This document shows, in pieces, positions 10,619-20,745 of a stretch of DNA of 48,272 bases. The translations under genes and the position numbers were made by a program. Position 1 is the first letter of the stretch. Each line of letters opens with the position of its first letter. Below the pieces are notes generated by a model, which worked only from the letters and a program-made list of their open reading frames with translations, was not told the origin of the DNA and did not search any database. Source of the DNA: an uncultured Rhodospirillaceae bacterium (GTDB lineage Bacteria > Pseudomonadota > Alphaproteobacteria > TMED109); contig CAZUXH010000002.1 in the NCBI GenBank assembly GCA_964624655.1, positions 1 through 48,272 on the forward strand, in the 5' to 3' direction.

Positions 10619-11730
10619 GTGAAGTAGAAACAAAAAAAGAGATAATTAAAAATAAATTAGAAGTACCGTACGCTGTACTTTGTGAATTGACTCATAGATG
10701 CCCTCTTTCTTGTCCTTACTGCTCTAATCCAGTTGAACTAGAATTAAAATCTAGAGAAATAGATACCAAAACTTGGAAGAAAGCTCTCAGCGAAGCTTCA
10801 GAAATAGGAATTCTTCAAGCTCATTTTTCAGGAGGAGAACCCACCGCTAGAAAGGACTTGGAAGAATTGGTAAAGCATGCCTCATCAATAGGTCTATATA
10901 CTAATCTTATTACTTCAGGAGTATTAATTAACGAAGAGAGACTTAAAAAATTATATGACTGTGGACTTGACCATGTACAAGTATCATTTCAAGATACGGA
11001 TCCTGAAAATGCAAATAAAATAGCCGGATATAAAGGACACAATAAAAAAATTGAAACAGCAAAACTAATTAGAAAAGTTGGGCTTCCTTTGACTATTAAC
11101 GCGGTAATGCATAGACAAAATCTACACAACTTAAAATCTATGATAAATATGGCCGTGGAACTAGATGCGGAGCGCATAGAAGTAGCTCAAGTGCAATATT
11201 ATGGATGGGCTTTAAAAAATCAAATGGCTTTCTTACCTACTAGACAACAATTGGATGAAGCTACAAAGATAGTAGAAGATTCTAGAATTAAATTAAAAGG
11301 AATTTTAGCTATAGATTATGTCGTTCCAGATTACTATGCCAAAAAACCTAAATCTTGCATGGGGGGATGGGGAAGACAATTTTTGAATATAACACCAGCA
11401 GGCAAAGTTCTTCCTTGCCATGCTGCAGAATCATTGAAATTTCTTGATTTTGACAATATTAAAGAAAAGTCTCTTGACTGGATTTGGAAAAATTCAGAAG
11501 CCTTTAATAGATTTAGAGGAACTTCTTGGATGCCTGAGCCTTGTAGGTCTTGTGACAGAAGAGAGATTGATTGGGGAGGGTGTCGTTGTCAAGCATTTGC
11601 ATTAACTGGAAATCCGGATGCTACAGATCCAACATGTGAATTTTCTCCATACAGAAAAGTTTTAGATGAACCTTTATCTATGGCAGGAAAAGATATTCCT
11701 GACTTTATTTATAGAAAATTAAAAAAATAA
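10615..11730 (+). CDS. pqqE: PqqA peptide cyclase PqqE (radical SAM/SPASM)
   Basis: The 371-aa ORF has the radical-SAM CX3CX2C cluster motif (CPLSCPYC) and a C-terminal Cys-rich SPASM region (CRSCDRREIDWGGCRCQAF...CEF). Confidence 0.93.
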   Translation: MSEVETKKEIIKNKLEVPYAVLCELTHRCPLSCPYCSNPVELELKSREIDTKTWKKALSEASEIGILQAHFSGGEPTARKDLEELVKHASSIGLYTNLITSGVLINEERLKKLYDCGLDHVQVSFQDTDPENANKIAGYKGHNKKIETAKLIRKVGLPLTINAVMHRQNLHNLKSMINMAVELDAERIEVAQVQYYGWALKNQMAFLPTRQQLDEATKIVEDSRIKLKGILAIDYVVPDYYAKKPKSCMGGWGRQFLNITPAGKVLPCHAAESLKFLDFDNIKEKSLDWIWKNSEAFNRFRGTSWMPEPCRSCDRREIDWGGCRCQAFALTGNPDATDPTCEFSPYRKVLDEPLSMAGKDIPDFIYRKLKK

Positions 11731-11732
11731 CT

Positions 11733-12974
11733 CTATTCTTGTTCTGTATTTGGTATATCAAATATTTGACCAGGATATATTAGGTCAGGATCATTAATCT
11801 GACTACTATTAGCTTTGAATATTAAGGTATACATTATACCCCTTCCATAATACCTCCTCGATATTCTCCACAAACTATTTCCTGGCTGAACTACATAAGT
11901 GTTTTCATTAATATTTTCCATGATAGTTTTATCAGGTTGCGTAACAGGGGTATCAATACTGGATATTAGTTGACCATCAATGTATTGATTAAACCTGAGC
12001 ACATAATCACCAGACTCAACTAATTTCTCTAGAGTTATGCTCCAATAACCATCTTCATCAGTTATAGCCCATCCTACTCTTCTACCCTCAAAATAAACCT
12101 CTACTCTTGATCCTGGTTGAGATTTACCAGAAAGTTTTATATATTCTTCAGGTGTATATGTTAAGGCATCAAAACTTAATCCTTCTCGAAGCTTAAGTAT
12201 TTCTGAATTATTAGATTCTGCTTGTAAAACTCTCTCAACTGCTCCTTCTTCATCATTTATAATAATCAAGGTCTCTTCAACCGTTTCAGCTTCCACCAAA
12301 TTACCAGCATCACTTAATACATCTGAATTACCCTCAGAATTATTTAACAAAGTGTCGTCAGTATTCTCTACAAGGGCTTCTCTCGTAGAGGGAATATTCT
12401 CAGATGGAGCAGATTCTTGTATTATATTATTAGCAGGAATATTCTCAGATGGAGCAGATTCTTGTATTATATTATTAGCTATATTACTATCAGGCACTAT
12501 TATAGTAGCAGTTTCTTTAGATCTTAATCCATTTGCAATCAATCGCAATTCATACGTTCCTGGTTCTAATGGTATATCAGTAATAAAAACGAATTCTCCA
12601 AATCTATTTGCCTGAACTTCTCCAATTAAATCATCTCCATTAAATATCTGTACATTAGAATATTTTTCAGCATGGCCCGCAATAACCACACCTTCATTGT
12701 CTGCCTTTATTATATCAAAAGTGGGAAATATTTTTTCATTTTCAATATTTTTTCTTTGCCTATTTATATCTTCACTTTGACCATCAGAAACAATTTCTTC
12801 TAACGTTTCTCTATCAATACTCTCTTCATAATGTATAATTTCTTCTTCAGTAGAATTAACTACTTCTTCCTTAGTCGGGTCTAAAGGAACATACTTAATT
12901 ACAAGAAATAAAACGATTACCGCAGCTATACCTACACCAAACCAAGGCAAATATATTTTAAAATTATCTTCCAA
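11733..12974 (-). CDS. Membrane-anchored LysM-domain protein with two Ig-like domains and an internal tandem repeat
   Basis: The 413-aa ORF has an N-terminal TM helix (LPWFGVGIAAVIVLFLVI) and a C-terminal LysM (YVVQPGNSLWRISRRYYGRG...DPDLIYPGQIFDIP). Two beta-rich segments resemble each other (GTYELRLIANG and GDYVLRFNQY). Confidence 0.75.
   Translation of the reverse strand: MEDNFKIYLPWFGVGIAAVIVLFLVIKYVPLDPTKEEVVNSTEEEIIHYEESIDRETLEEIVSDGQSEDINRQRKNIENEKIFPTFDIIKADNEGVVIAGHAEKYSNVQIFNGDDLIGEVQANRFGEFVFITDIPLEPGTYELRLIANGLRSKETATIIVPDSNIANNIIQESAPSENIPANNIIQESAPSENIPSTREALVENTDDTLLNNSEGNSDVLSDAGNLVEAETVEETLIIINDEEGAVERVLQAESNNSEILKLREGLSFDALTYTPEEYIKLSGKSQPGSRVEVYFEGRRVGWAITDEDGYWSITLEKLVESGDYVLRFNQYIDGQLISSIDTPVTQPDKTIMENINENTYVVQPGNSLWRISRRYYGRGIMYTLIFKANSSQINDPDLIYPGQIFDIPNTEQE
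12391..12480. repeat. Tandem direct repeat, 2 x 45 bp with 44/45 identical, in frame within the LysM protein
   Basis: GGAATATTCTCAGATGGAGCAGATTCTTGTATTATATTATTAGC(A/T) occurs twice back to back. It encodes NNIIQESAPSENIP(A/S) twice. Confidence 0.95.
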
Positions 12975-13092
12975 AATGTTTCCTTACATTTACCAATAGG
13001 CTTATATGAAAACAATAGTTAATTTATATATTATTAGAATTACTATAACATATAGAATAAGACTATTCTAAGAAATTTAAAAAAAAGATTAT

Positions 13093-13659
13093 TTGAACAT
13101 GGTTAAAAATAAAAAACTGGTAATAGCAGTATTTTGTGGTTCCAAATCAGGAAAAAAGGATATATACACACAAAAAACACAAGAAATATCCTCAATTTTA
13201 ACTAAAAATTCATACCAAATTATTTATGGAGGAGGAAGAACAGGCTTGATGGGATCTCTATCAAAAGTAGTAAAAAAAGAAAAAGGAAATATTACTGGGG
13301 TAATTCCGAACTTCCTCAATAATCCTAAACTTGTTCAAACAGATTTGAGTTATCTTCATGATGTAAAAAGTCTAAGTATCAGAAAGAAATTAATGATTGA
13401 TAAATCAGATATCATTATAATTTTGCCTGGTGGTTTTGGAACTTTGGATGAGCTTTTCGAAATCCTTACTATGAAACAATTAGGACTGAGTAATAAAAGA
13501 ATTATAATTTACAACATTAGTGGATTCTGGAAATATTTACAAAAATTAATTTTATTTTTAAATGAAGAAGGATTTATAAAAAAGAGTGATTTAAATGAAA
13601 TTCATTGGGCAAAAAATAGCAAGCAAGTAATAAGTTTTGTCAAAAATTATCATAAATAA
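13093..13659 (+). CDS. LOG-family protein (cytokinin riboside 5'-monophosphate phosphoribohydrolase / TIGR00730 'lysine decarboxylase-like')
   Basis: The 188-aa ORF has the family motifs GGGRTGLMG and PGGFGTLDELFE. The start is TTG 13093 or ATG 13099. Confidence 0.85.
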   Translation: MNMVKNKKLVIAVFCGSKSGKKDIYTQKTQEISSILTKNSYQIIYGGGRTGLMGSLSKVVKKEKGNITGVIPNFLNNPKLVQTDLSYLHDVKSLSIRKKLMIDKSDIIIILPGGFGTLDELFEILTMKQLGLSNKRIIIYNISGFWKYLQKLILFLNEEGFIKKSDLNEIHWAKNSKQVISFVKNYHK

Positions 13660-13738
13660 AAATCATATCTATTGAGATTTAGCCAAACACGCTTTATATA
13701 TTCAAACTGAATCAATATTTTTTAGGAGTAGATTAATC

Positions 13739-14956
13739 ATGTCTAAAATACAGGTAAAAAACCCAGTCGTTGAATTAGATGGGGATGAAATGACAAAAGT
13801 AATTTGGGAGGTTATTCGTGAAAAATTAATTAAACCATGGATAGAAATAGAAATAAAATATTTTGATTTAGGTATTGAAAAGAGAGATCTAACTTCCGAT
13901 CAAATTACAATTGACGCAGCAGAAGCAATCAAGAAATACAATGTAGGAATAAAATGTGCAACAATTACTCCTGATGAAGCAAGAGTCACTGAATTTGGTT
14001 TAAAAAAAATGTGGCGATCACCAAATGGAACCATAAGAAATATTCTTGGTGGGACAGTTTTTAGACAACCTATAATTTGTAAAAATATACCTAAATATGT
14101 TCCTGGCTGGACAAAACCTATAGTAATTGGCAGACATGCTTTTGGCGATCAATACAGAGCTACAGATTTTTTAGTGCCTGGTTCGGGAAAATTATTTTTG
14201 AAATTTGTACCTTCAATAGGTGGAGAAATTATTGAAAAAGAAGTTCATAAATTTGAAGACAGCGGAATTGCTTTAGGAATGTTTAATTTGGATGAGTCAA
14301 TACGTGGCTTCGCAAGAGCGTGTTTTAATTATGGATTAAATCTAGAATGGCCCGTTTACTTGTCTACTAAAAATACTATTTTAAAAACTTATGATGGTAG
14401 ATTTAAAAATATATTTCAGGAAATTTATACTGAAGAATTTAAATCTAAATACTTAGAAAAAGGAATTACTTATGAACATAGATTAATAGACGATATGGTA
14501 GCAGCTGCTTTGAAATGGGAAGGAGGTTTTGTATGGGCATGCAAAAATTATGATGGAGACGTTCAATCAGACACAGTAGCTCAAGGCTTTGGTTCTTTAG
14601 GTTTAATGACCTCTATCCTAATGACTCCTGATGGCCAGACCGTTGAAGCTGAAGCCGCTCACGGAACAGTCACCCGTCATTTTAGAGCTCATCAAAAAGG
14701 TGAACCAACCTCTACTAACCCTATAGCTTCAATTTTTGCTTGGACACGAGGACTTTGGTATAGAGGTAAGTTTGATGCAAATACTAAACTTCAAAAATAT
14801 GCCGAAATTTTGGAAAACACTTGTATTTCAACTATTGAATCAGGAAAAATGACAAAAGATTTAGCGCTTCTTGTGGGTAATAACCAGAGTTGGCTTGAAA
14901 CTATGCCCTTTTTAAAAGAAATTGAAGAGAGATTAAATAAAAAAATGAATAACTAA
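13739..14956 (+). CDS. icd: NADP-dependent isocitrate dehydrogenase (about 405-aa homodimeric type)
   Basis: The N-terminus [21 protein letters not shown], plus KCATITPDE and NYDGDVQSD, is typical of this IDH subfamily. Confidence 0.93.
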   Translation: MSKIQVKNPVVELDGDEMTKVIWEVIREKLIKPWIEIEIKYFDLGIEKRDLTSDQITIDAAEAIKKYNVGIKCATITPDEARVTEFGLKKMWRSPNGTIRNILGGTVFRQPIICKNIPKYVPGWTKPIVIGRHAFGDQYRATDFLVPGSGKLFLKFVPSIGGEIIEKEVHKFEDSGIALGMFNLDESIRGFARACFNYGLNLEWPVYLSTKNTILKTYDGRFKNIFQEIYTEEFKSKYLEKGITYEHRLIDDMVAAALKWEGGFVWACKNYDGDVQSDTVAQGFGSLGLMTSILMTPDGQTVEAEAAHGTVTRHFRAHQKGEPTSTNPIASIFAWTRGLWYRGKFDANTKLQKYAEILENTCISTIESGKMTKDLALLVGNNQSWLETMPFLKEIEERLNKKMNN

Positions 14957-17622
14957 GCTTTTAAATTTTTTATACTACTGAGTATTTTTTCAATAGCAGC
15001 TTGAGCATTAGAATAATTTGGTCCGCCACCTTGTGCCATATCTTTTCTACCTCCCCCACCTTTTCCACCTAAACAAGAGACGCCAATTTTTACTAAATCT
15101 GAGGCATCAAATTGTTCTATCAGTTTTTCTGTTACTCCTACAACAATAGAAGCTTTTTTATTATCAATACCTATAATTATTACTATACCCTCTCTTATTT
15201 GAAGTTTAAATTCATCAACTATGGCTTTTAAGTCTTTTGATGCTACAGATTCTAGTATTTTGTGAATAACCTTAATTCCAGAAATATTTACATATTCCCC
15301 TTTTTGCTGGGCCGATGCTGAAGTAGTTAATTTTTTTGACAGCTCTCCCACCTGTCTTTCAAAACTTTTTCTCTCTTGAATAATACTAAGCACTCTATCC
15401 ATTATCTTTTCTTGAGATACTTTGAGTTCAAAAGTTAATTGATTGAGGACTTCACTAGAGTTTTGTACATGTTTAATACCAGCTTCTCCTGCAACTGCTT
15501 CAATTCTTCTTACTCCAGAACCTAATGCCGAATCTGAGATAATTTTTATAAAACCTATATCTCCTAATTTTGAAACATGAGTGCCTCCACATAATTCAAC
15601 TGAAAAGTTAGTTTTTATATTTGAGCCTGTTGTGCCGTCTTCCATTGATACTACTCTAACTTCCTCACCATATTTTTCTCCAAATAATGCTAAAGCACCT
15701 GATTTGCTAGCTTTCTTAATATTCATAATCTCTACATTTACATTCCCATTAGCCCTTATCATAGAATTTACATCATTTTCTATGACCATAATTTCTTCTT
15801 TTTTAATTGGTTGATTGTGACTTATATCGAATCTCAATCTATCTTCAAAAACCATGCTACCCTTTTGTGTAACATGTTCACCTAAACATCTCCTTAAAGC
15901 TTCGTGAAGTAAATGTGTCGCACTATGATGAACAGCAAGAGATTTTCTTCTATTAAAATCAATATCTAAAGATATAATCATGTCTTTTTTAAGAATACCT
16001 TTTATAATTTCCACTTCATGAATAATGATATCCGAATATTTTTTTGTATCTAACACATCTGCTTCACCTGTATTCCAAAAAAACTTTCCTCTATCACCCT
16101 GTTGTCCGCCAGCTTCTCCGTAAAAAGTGGAAACATCAGTTATTACAAAAACTTTCTCAGATTTATCTGCTTTATTAATTTCTTTTTCTTCTTTTATAAT
16201 TGCAACGACCTTTGCTTCTGTATTAAATTGTTCATATCCTAAAAATTTAATATTTTTAAAGCGATTTTTTATTTCTACCCAAATTGCTTCAGCTTCTTCA
16301 TCTCCAGAACCTGACCAAGAGTTTCGAGCTGTATCTTGTTGTGCTTTCATAGATTTTTGAAATCCATTAATATCTAATAAACGCCCTCTACCTTTCAAAA
16401 TGTCTTCGGTTAAGTCAATAGGAAAGCCATATGTATCATATAATTTAAAAGCTGTTTCTCCTGGAAATGGTTCAGAACTAGATAAATTTAAAATAGACTT
16501 TTCAAGTAGCCTCATGCCTCTTTCTAAAGTTTCTTTAAATCTATTTTCCTCATCTTTAAGAGTAGATACTATTAATGACTTTGCCCTAGTTATTTCAGGA
16601 AAAGCCTCTCCCATATTTTTTTCTAATGAATCTACTAGTTTCCAAAAATGAGTGTCTTTTATATCTAATTTATAGATATGCCTCATGGCTCTTCTCATAA
16701 TTCTCCTTAATACATATCCTCTTCCTTCATTTGAAGGTAAAACACCATCTGCAATTAAAAATGAAGACGCTCGTAGATGGTCCACTATAACTTTATGAGA
16801 AACAATGTCATTTTTTCTTAAATCTTTGCCTGAAATACTTACGGAATTTTCTATTAAATTTTTAAAAAGGTCTATTTCATAATTATCATTCACTCCCTGA
16901 AGAACTGCTGCCATTCTTTCTAGACCCATACCAGTATCTATCGCTGGTTTTGGGAGATTTATGCGTTTACCATCTTGTTGCATCTCATATTGCATAAAAA
17001 CCAGATTCCAAATCTCAATGTATCTATCCCCATCTTCATCAAGACTACCTGGGACTCCTCCTTTTATATGAGATCCATGATCATAAAAAATTTCTGAACA
17101 AGGTCCACAAGGCCCTGTATCTCCCATAGACCAGAAGTTATCAGAAGAATTAATTTTTAATATTTTTGTTTCTTTTAGCCCAGAAATTTTTTTCCAAAGT
17201 AAAAAAGCTTCTTCATCTTCTTCATAGACAGTAATTAATAATTTTTCTTTTTTAAGTCCAAACGTTTTAGTAATTAAATTCCATGCATATTCTATAGCTT
17301 GATCTTTAAAATAATCGCCAAAACTAAAGTTACCCATCATCTCAAAGAAAGTGTGATGCCTAGCTGTATATCCAACATTTTCTAAATCATTATGTTTACC
17401 ACCTGCACGTAAACATTTTTGTGAACTAGTAGCTGTTAAAAAAGACTTTTGTTCTGCCCCAGTAAAAATATTTTTAAATTGGACCATTCCAGAATTAGTA
17501 AATAACAATGTAGGGTCTTGCGAAGGTATTAAAGAAGAAGATTCTACTTTTGTATGTCCTAAAGCTACAAAATAATCAAGAAAAGATTTTCTGATATGAT
17601 TTGTAGAATAAAATTTACTCAT
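14953..17622 (-). CDS. alaS: Alanine--tRNA ligase
   Basis: The 889-aa ORF has [10 protein letters not shown] and [19 protein letters not shown], the editing-domain HHSATHLLH motif and a C-terminal DHHA1-like [13 protein letters not shown]. Its stop overlaps the icd stop within CTAA. Confidence 0.97.
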   Translation of the reverse strand: MSKFYSTNHIRKSFLDYFVALGHTKVESSSLIPSQDPTLLFTNSGMVQFKNIFTGAEQKSFLTATSSQKCLRAGGKHNDLENVGYTARHHTFFEMMGNFSFGDYFKDQAIEYAWNLITKTFGLKKEKLLITVYEEDEEAFLLWKKISGLKETKILKINSSDNFWSMGDTGPCGPCSEIFYDHGSHIKGGVPGSLDEDGDRYIEIWNLVFMQYEMQQDGKRINLPKPAIDTGMGLERMAAVLQGVNDNYEIDLFKNLIENSVSISGKDLRKNDIVSHKVIVDHLRASSFLIADGVLPSNEGRGYVLRRIMRRAMRHIYKLDIKDTHFWKLVDSLEKNMGEAFPEITRAKSLIVSTLKDEENRFKETLERGMRLLEKSILNLSSSEPFPGETAFKLYDTYGFPIDLTEDILKGRGRLLDINGFQKSMKAQQDTARNSWSGSGDEEAEAIWVEIKNRFKNIKFLGYEQFNTEAKVVAIIKEEKEINKADKSEKVFVITDVSTFYGEAGGQQGDRGKFFWNTGEADVLDTKKYSDIIIHEVEIIKGILKKDMIISLDIDFNRRKSLAVHHSATHLLHEALRRCLGEHVTQKGSMVFEDRLRFDISHNQPIKKEEIMVIENDVNSMIRANGNVNVEIMNIKKASKSGALALFGEKYGEEVRVVSMEDGTTGSNIKTNFSVELCGGTHVSKLGDIGFIKIISDSALGSGVRRIEAVAGEAGIKHVQNSSEVLNQLTFELKVSQEKIMDRVLSIIQERKSFERQVGELSKKLTTSASAQQKGEYVNISGIKVIHKILESVASKDLKAIVDEFKLQIREGIVIIIGIDNKKASIVVGVTEKLIEQFDASDLVKIGVSCLGGKGGGGRKDMAQGGGPNYSNAQAAIEKILSSIKNLKA

Positions 17623-17721
17623 ACAAGCCTCCTTTATTTAATCCATTATATATACTAATACAGAAACTATAAATAAATTAAACTCTTTATTAAAGGAAGG
17701 CTAAATTCTAGATTTTAGTAA

Positions 17722-18807
17722 TTAGTCCGAATTTACTGCAGGTTCTTTATTTTCAGTTTGTCCGTCATCTTCAATGCCCTCTAAACCTGAGCTTTTCTTA
17801 ACTGCTCTACCAATTTCATCTGCAATTTTTTGATTTTCAGATAAATATGCTTTTGCGTTTTCCCTTCCTTGGCCTATTCTTTCGCTACCATAAGAATACC
17901 AAGAACCAGATTTTTCAACTACTCCTGATTTTACTCCTAAATCTACTAATTCTCCTAAATAACTTATCCCCTCTCCGTACATGATATCAAATTCAACTAC
18001 TCTAAAAGGGGGAGCTACTTTATTCTTTACAACTTTAACTCTAGTTTGATTTCCTGTTACATCCTCTCCATCCTTAATCTGACCAATTCTTCTTATATCT
18101 AACCTTACAGAAGCATAAAATTTTAGAGCATTACCACCAGTTGTGGTTTCAGGGCTACCATACATCACGCCTATCTTCATTCTAATTTGGTTTATAAATA
18201 TTACAGTAGTTCTAGATTTAGAAATTGACGAAGTTAATTTTCTTAATGCTTGACTCATTAGCCTAGCTTGTAATCCTACGTGAGTGTCTCCCATGTCTCC
18301 TTCAAGTTCGGCTCTAGGTACTAAAGCTGCTACAGAATCTATAACCAAAACATCAACTGCACCAGATCTAACCAAAGTATCAGCTATTTCCAAAGCTTGT
18401 TCGCCTGAATCTGGTTGACTTATGAGCAAGTCTTCAACATTTACACCTAGTTTTTTAGCATATACTGGATCAAGAGCATGTTCTGCATCTACAAATGCAC
18501 ATACTCCTCCTATTTTTTGAGCTTCAGCAGCTACATGGAGAGCTAAAGTTGTTTTTCCAGAGCTTTCAGGACCGTAAATTTCAATTATTCTACCTCGTGG
18601 CAGCCCTCCTATACCCAATGCAATATCTAATCCTAAAGAGCCGGTAGAGATAGATTCCATTTCCACTACATTATTTTCACCCAACTTCATGATGGAACCT
18701 TTGCCATGCGTTCTTTCTATTTGACCAAGTGCGGCTTCTAATGCCTTACTTTTTTCACTATCATCCATATCAACTATCCTCAAATCTGGTATATCGTTAT
18801 TACCCAT
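17722..18807 (-). CDS. recA: Recombinase A
   Basis: The 361-aa ORF has [22 protein letters not shown], the Walker A motif GPESSGKTT, and the L1/L2 regions. Confidence 0.98.
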   Translation of the reverse strand: MGNNDIPDLRIVDMDDSEKSKALEAALGQIERTHGKGSIMKLGENNVVEMESISTGSLGLDIALGIGGLPRGRIIEIYGPESSGKTTLALHVAAEAQKIGGVCAFVDAEHALDPVYAKKLGVNVEDLLISQPDSGEQALEIADTLVRSGAVDVLVIDSVAALVPRAELEGDMGDTHVGLQARLMSQALRKLTSSISKSRTTVIFINQIRMKIGVMYGSPETTTGGNALKFYASVRLDIRRIGQIKDGEDVTGNQTRVKVVKNKVAPPFRVVEFDIMYGEGISYLGELVDLGVKSGVVEKSGSWYSYGSERIGQGRENAKAYLSENQKIADEIGRAVKKSSGLEGIEDDGQTENKEPAVNSD

Positions 18808-18896
18808 CTTAAATCCTCCAAACTATAATATGCCAACAAAATAATAAATAAACTTTTATTTTTATAACTATCAGTATTTAGCAAATTAACATTTTT

Positions 18897-18911
18897 GATC
18901 ACGTTTTGTTC
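18897..18911. promoter_or_regulatory. Imperfect alphaproteobacterial-type LexA box (GATC-N7-GTTC)
   Basis: GATCacgttttGTTC lies in the recA upstream spacer, 56 bp from the perfect box. It has one mismatch to the GTTC-N7-GTTC direct repeat. Confidence 0.3.
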
Positions 18912-18952
18912 ATGTACTATTACTACAAAAATAAAAGTTAGTCAAAACATTT

Positions 18953-18967
18953 GTTCTGTTTTTGTTC
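18953..18967. promoter_or_regulatory. Candidate LexA (SOS) box, a perfect GTTC-N7-GTTC direct repeat
   Basis: GTTCtgtttttGTTC lies about 150 bp upstream of the recA start codon, in an otherwise very AT-rich 164-bp spacer. It matches the direct-repeat LexA operator described for alphaproteobacteria. Confidence 0.5.
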
Positions 18968-18971
18968 TAAT

Positions 18972-19442
18972 TTAATCTTCTTTGTAAGATCTTTCTGTTT
19001 TTTCATGACGTTCTTGAGCAGCTATAGATAAGATTGCAATGGGGCGGGCATCTAATCTTTTTAAAGAAATTGGCTCACCTGTTTCAATACAAAAACCATA
19101 AGATCCTTCTTTTATTCTAATAAGAGCTGCGTCAATTTTAGAAAGCAGTTTTCTTTGTCTATCTCGCGTCCTTAGCTCTAAAGATCTATCAGTTTCAGTA
19201 GAAGCTCTATCTGCTATATCTGCCTCAGGAGTACTATTATTTTGTAAATTTCCTCTAGTTTTTTCGGAATCTTTAATTACCGATTCTCGCCAAGTTTCTA
19301 ATTTATTCTTAAAATATAGGAGTTGTTTATCATTCATAAAAATTTCTTTATCATTAGGTTTGTAATTATTTGGAAGTCTAATAAGGGATTTTGTTTTTCT
19401 TAAATTATTTTTTTTTAAAATTTTTTTATTAGTTGTTTTCAT
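18972..19442 (-). CDS. dksA: RNA polymerase-binding transcription factor DksA, a single-Cys variant without a Cys4 zinc finger
   Basis: The 156-aa ORF has a coiled-coil region with an acidic tip (EADIADRASTETD). The C-terminal region YGFCIETGEPISLKRLDARPIAILSIAAQ aligns with the DksA zinc-finger region but retains only 1 of the 4 Cys. Confidence 0.85.
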   Translation of the reverse strand: MKTTNKKILKKNNLRKTKSLIRLPNNYKPNDKEIFMNDKQLLYFKNKLETWRESVIKDSEKTRGNLQNNSTPEADIADRASTETDRSLELRTRDRQRKLLSKIDAALIRIKEGSYGFCIETGEPISLKRLDARPIAILSIAAQERHEKTERSYKED

Positions 19443-19517
19443 ACTATGGCTACCTTATTAAATTTTCAAAAAATTATATTAATGATTCATAAATAATCAA
19501 GATTACTTTTATATTCC

Positions 19518-20729
19518 TTAAAAAAAATATTTAAACTCTACCTCCAGCCAACTATCTTGACGCAATATATAAAGTGTAGAACCTTTTCTTCCATTTTGAT
19601 AAATTGCGCTTTTTAAAGTTCCAGATAAAGAATCTGTTATCCTTCTGGAAAATTCAAATTGATAGGTTTGGCCATCACCATCCAAATCAAAAATTGAACT
19701 AACAAAAACCTCACTATTGAAGTTATCATTTAGTGACCACCTAGAAGCCATAAACAAATCATCTTGTAATAATTCGCTGGATCGATCTCTTCTTGAATCA
19801 TAAATATATTCTAAGATTAAACTTAAGTCGGTATTATCTCCCATAATTCTATAAAAATTATACTCTATACCAGTTACAGTCGATATAAAACCATTCCTAT
19901 TTCTATTGGCATCCCTCTGACCATCTCTTACTATATATTCCATTTTATATAATGTTGAGCCAGATGTCCTTTGCAAAGTTCCCCCCAGCTGTCTTATCCT
20001 TTGGTATGCAGCCCCATAATTGGTTATTCCGTCTATTACTCTAATATCAATCGAAGGATTTTTTGCATACCCAAAAAATAAATGTGCACTTAAATCTATT
20101 TCGCCATAAGTATTTAACCATCTTAGAGCTAATTCCGGAGTCCATTGACTTCCTCCCTCAAATTTTGGATTATTTTTTAGGAAATGCGGATCAGTTCTTA
20201 GCCTACCTTTTTTCCCTGGCAAAGGCCTAGACCTAAAATATGGCATAATATAAGCTTCGAAATATCCTTCATCCCTTATAAATGTGAAATTGGCTAGCGG
20301 CTGCCCTAACTTAGTCAAACCGAATGCGTCTTCAACTTCATCTACCTGATTTACCATATCTACTAAATTTTTAGACTCAGCTACACCCCAAAATACCTGT
20401 CCTATACCAAAAGAAAGTTCCCAATCCTCTCCATAACTTGTATATAAAAATTCTCTTAAATCAGCTTTTGATCTATTGCTATCAGAGCTATCTAAACGAA
20501 TAAATGGAGATACAACAATCGAATCTTGCTGCTCAAATTCATAAAAAAATTCTGTTTTAAGTGCCAAAGAAGAGTTGTTATTTTTTTGACTTGAATATTC
20601 AGGCCCTGAGGGGAAATACCTTCCAGATAAAAATAATTCCCCTTCAAATTCTATATCTTCGAAAAAACTATAAGATGTGTTATTTATGCTAAATAATAAG
20701 CAAATATAAAGTAAATAAAATAGCCTCAT
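19518..20729 (-). CDS. Putative outer-membrane beta-barrel protein; family not recognised
   Basis: The 403-aa ORF has a signal peptide (MRLFYLLYICLLFSINNTSYS) and alternating hydrophobic beta-strand patterning throughout. Its C-terminus ends in an aromatic residue (EVEFKYFF), as in OMP barrels. Confidence 0.5.
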   Translation of the reverse strand: MRLFYLLYICLLFSINNTSYSFFEDIEFEGELFLSGRYFPSGPEYSSQKNNNSSLALKTEFFYEFEQQDSIVVSPFIRLDSSDSNRSKADLREFLYTSYGEDWELSFGIGQVFWGVAESKNLVDMVNQVDEVEDAFGLTKLGQPLANFTFIRDEGYFEAYIMPYFRSRPLPGKKGRLRTDPHFLKNNPKFEGGSQWTPELALRWLNTYGEIDLSAHLFFGYAKNPSIDIRVIDGITNYGAAYQRIRQLGGTLQRTSGSTLYKMEYIVRDGQRDANRNRNGFISTVTGIEYNFYRIMGDNTDLSLILEYIYDSRRDRSSELLQDDLFMASRWSLNDNFNSEVFVSSIFDLDGDGQTYQFEFSRRITDSLSGTLKSAIYQNGRKGSTLYILRQDSWLEVEFKYFF

Positions 20730-20745
20730 ATTTATTTTCTAAACA

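Noticed and set aside
13053-13070. The inverted repeat TAGAATA-agac-TATTCTA upstream of the LOG-family gene.
   Set aside because: It has 7-bp arms with a single G/C pair in an A/T-rich spacer. It is too weak to call as either a terminator (no T-tract) or an operator.
17623-17721. A possible long-range pairing between CCTCCTTTA (next to the alaS start) and TAAAGGAAGG (near the recA stop), considered as a terminator or attenuator.
   Set aside because: The pairing is imperfect and the arms are about 60 nt apart. The CCTCCT element is simply the reverse complement of the alaS Shine-Dalgarno sequence (AGGAGG).
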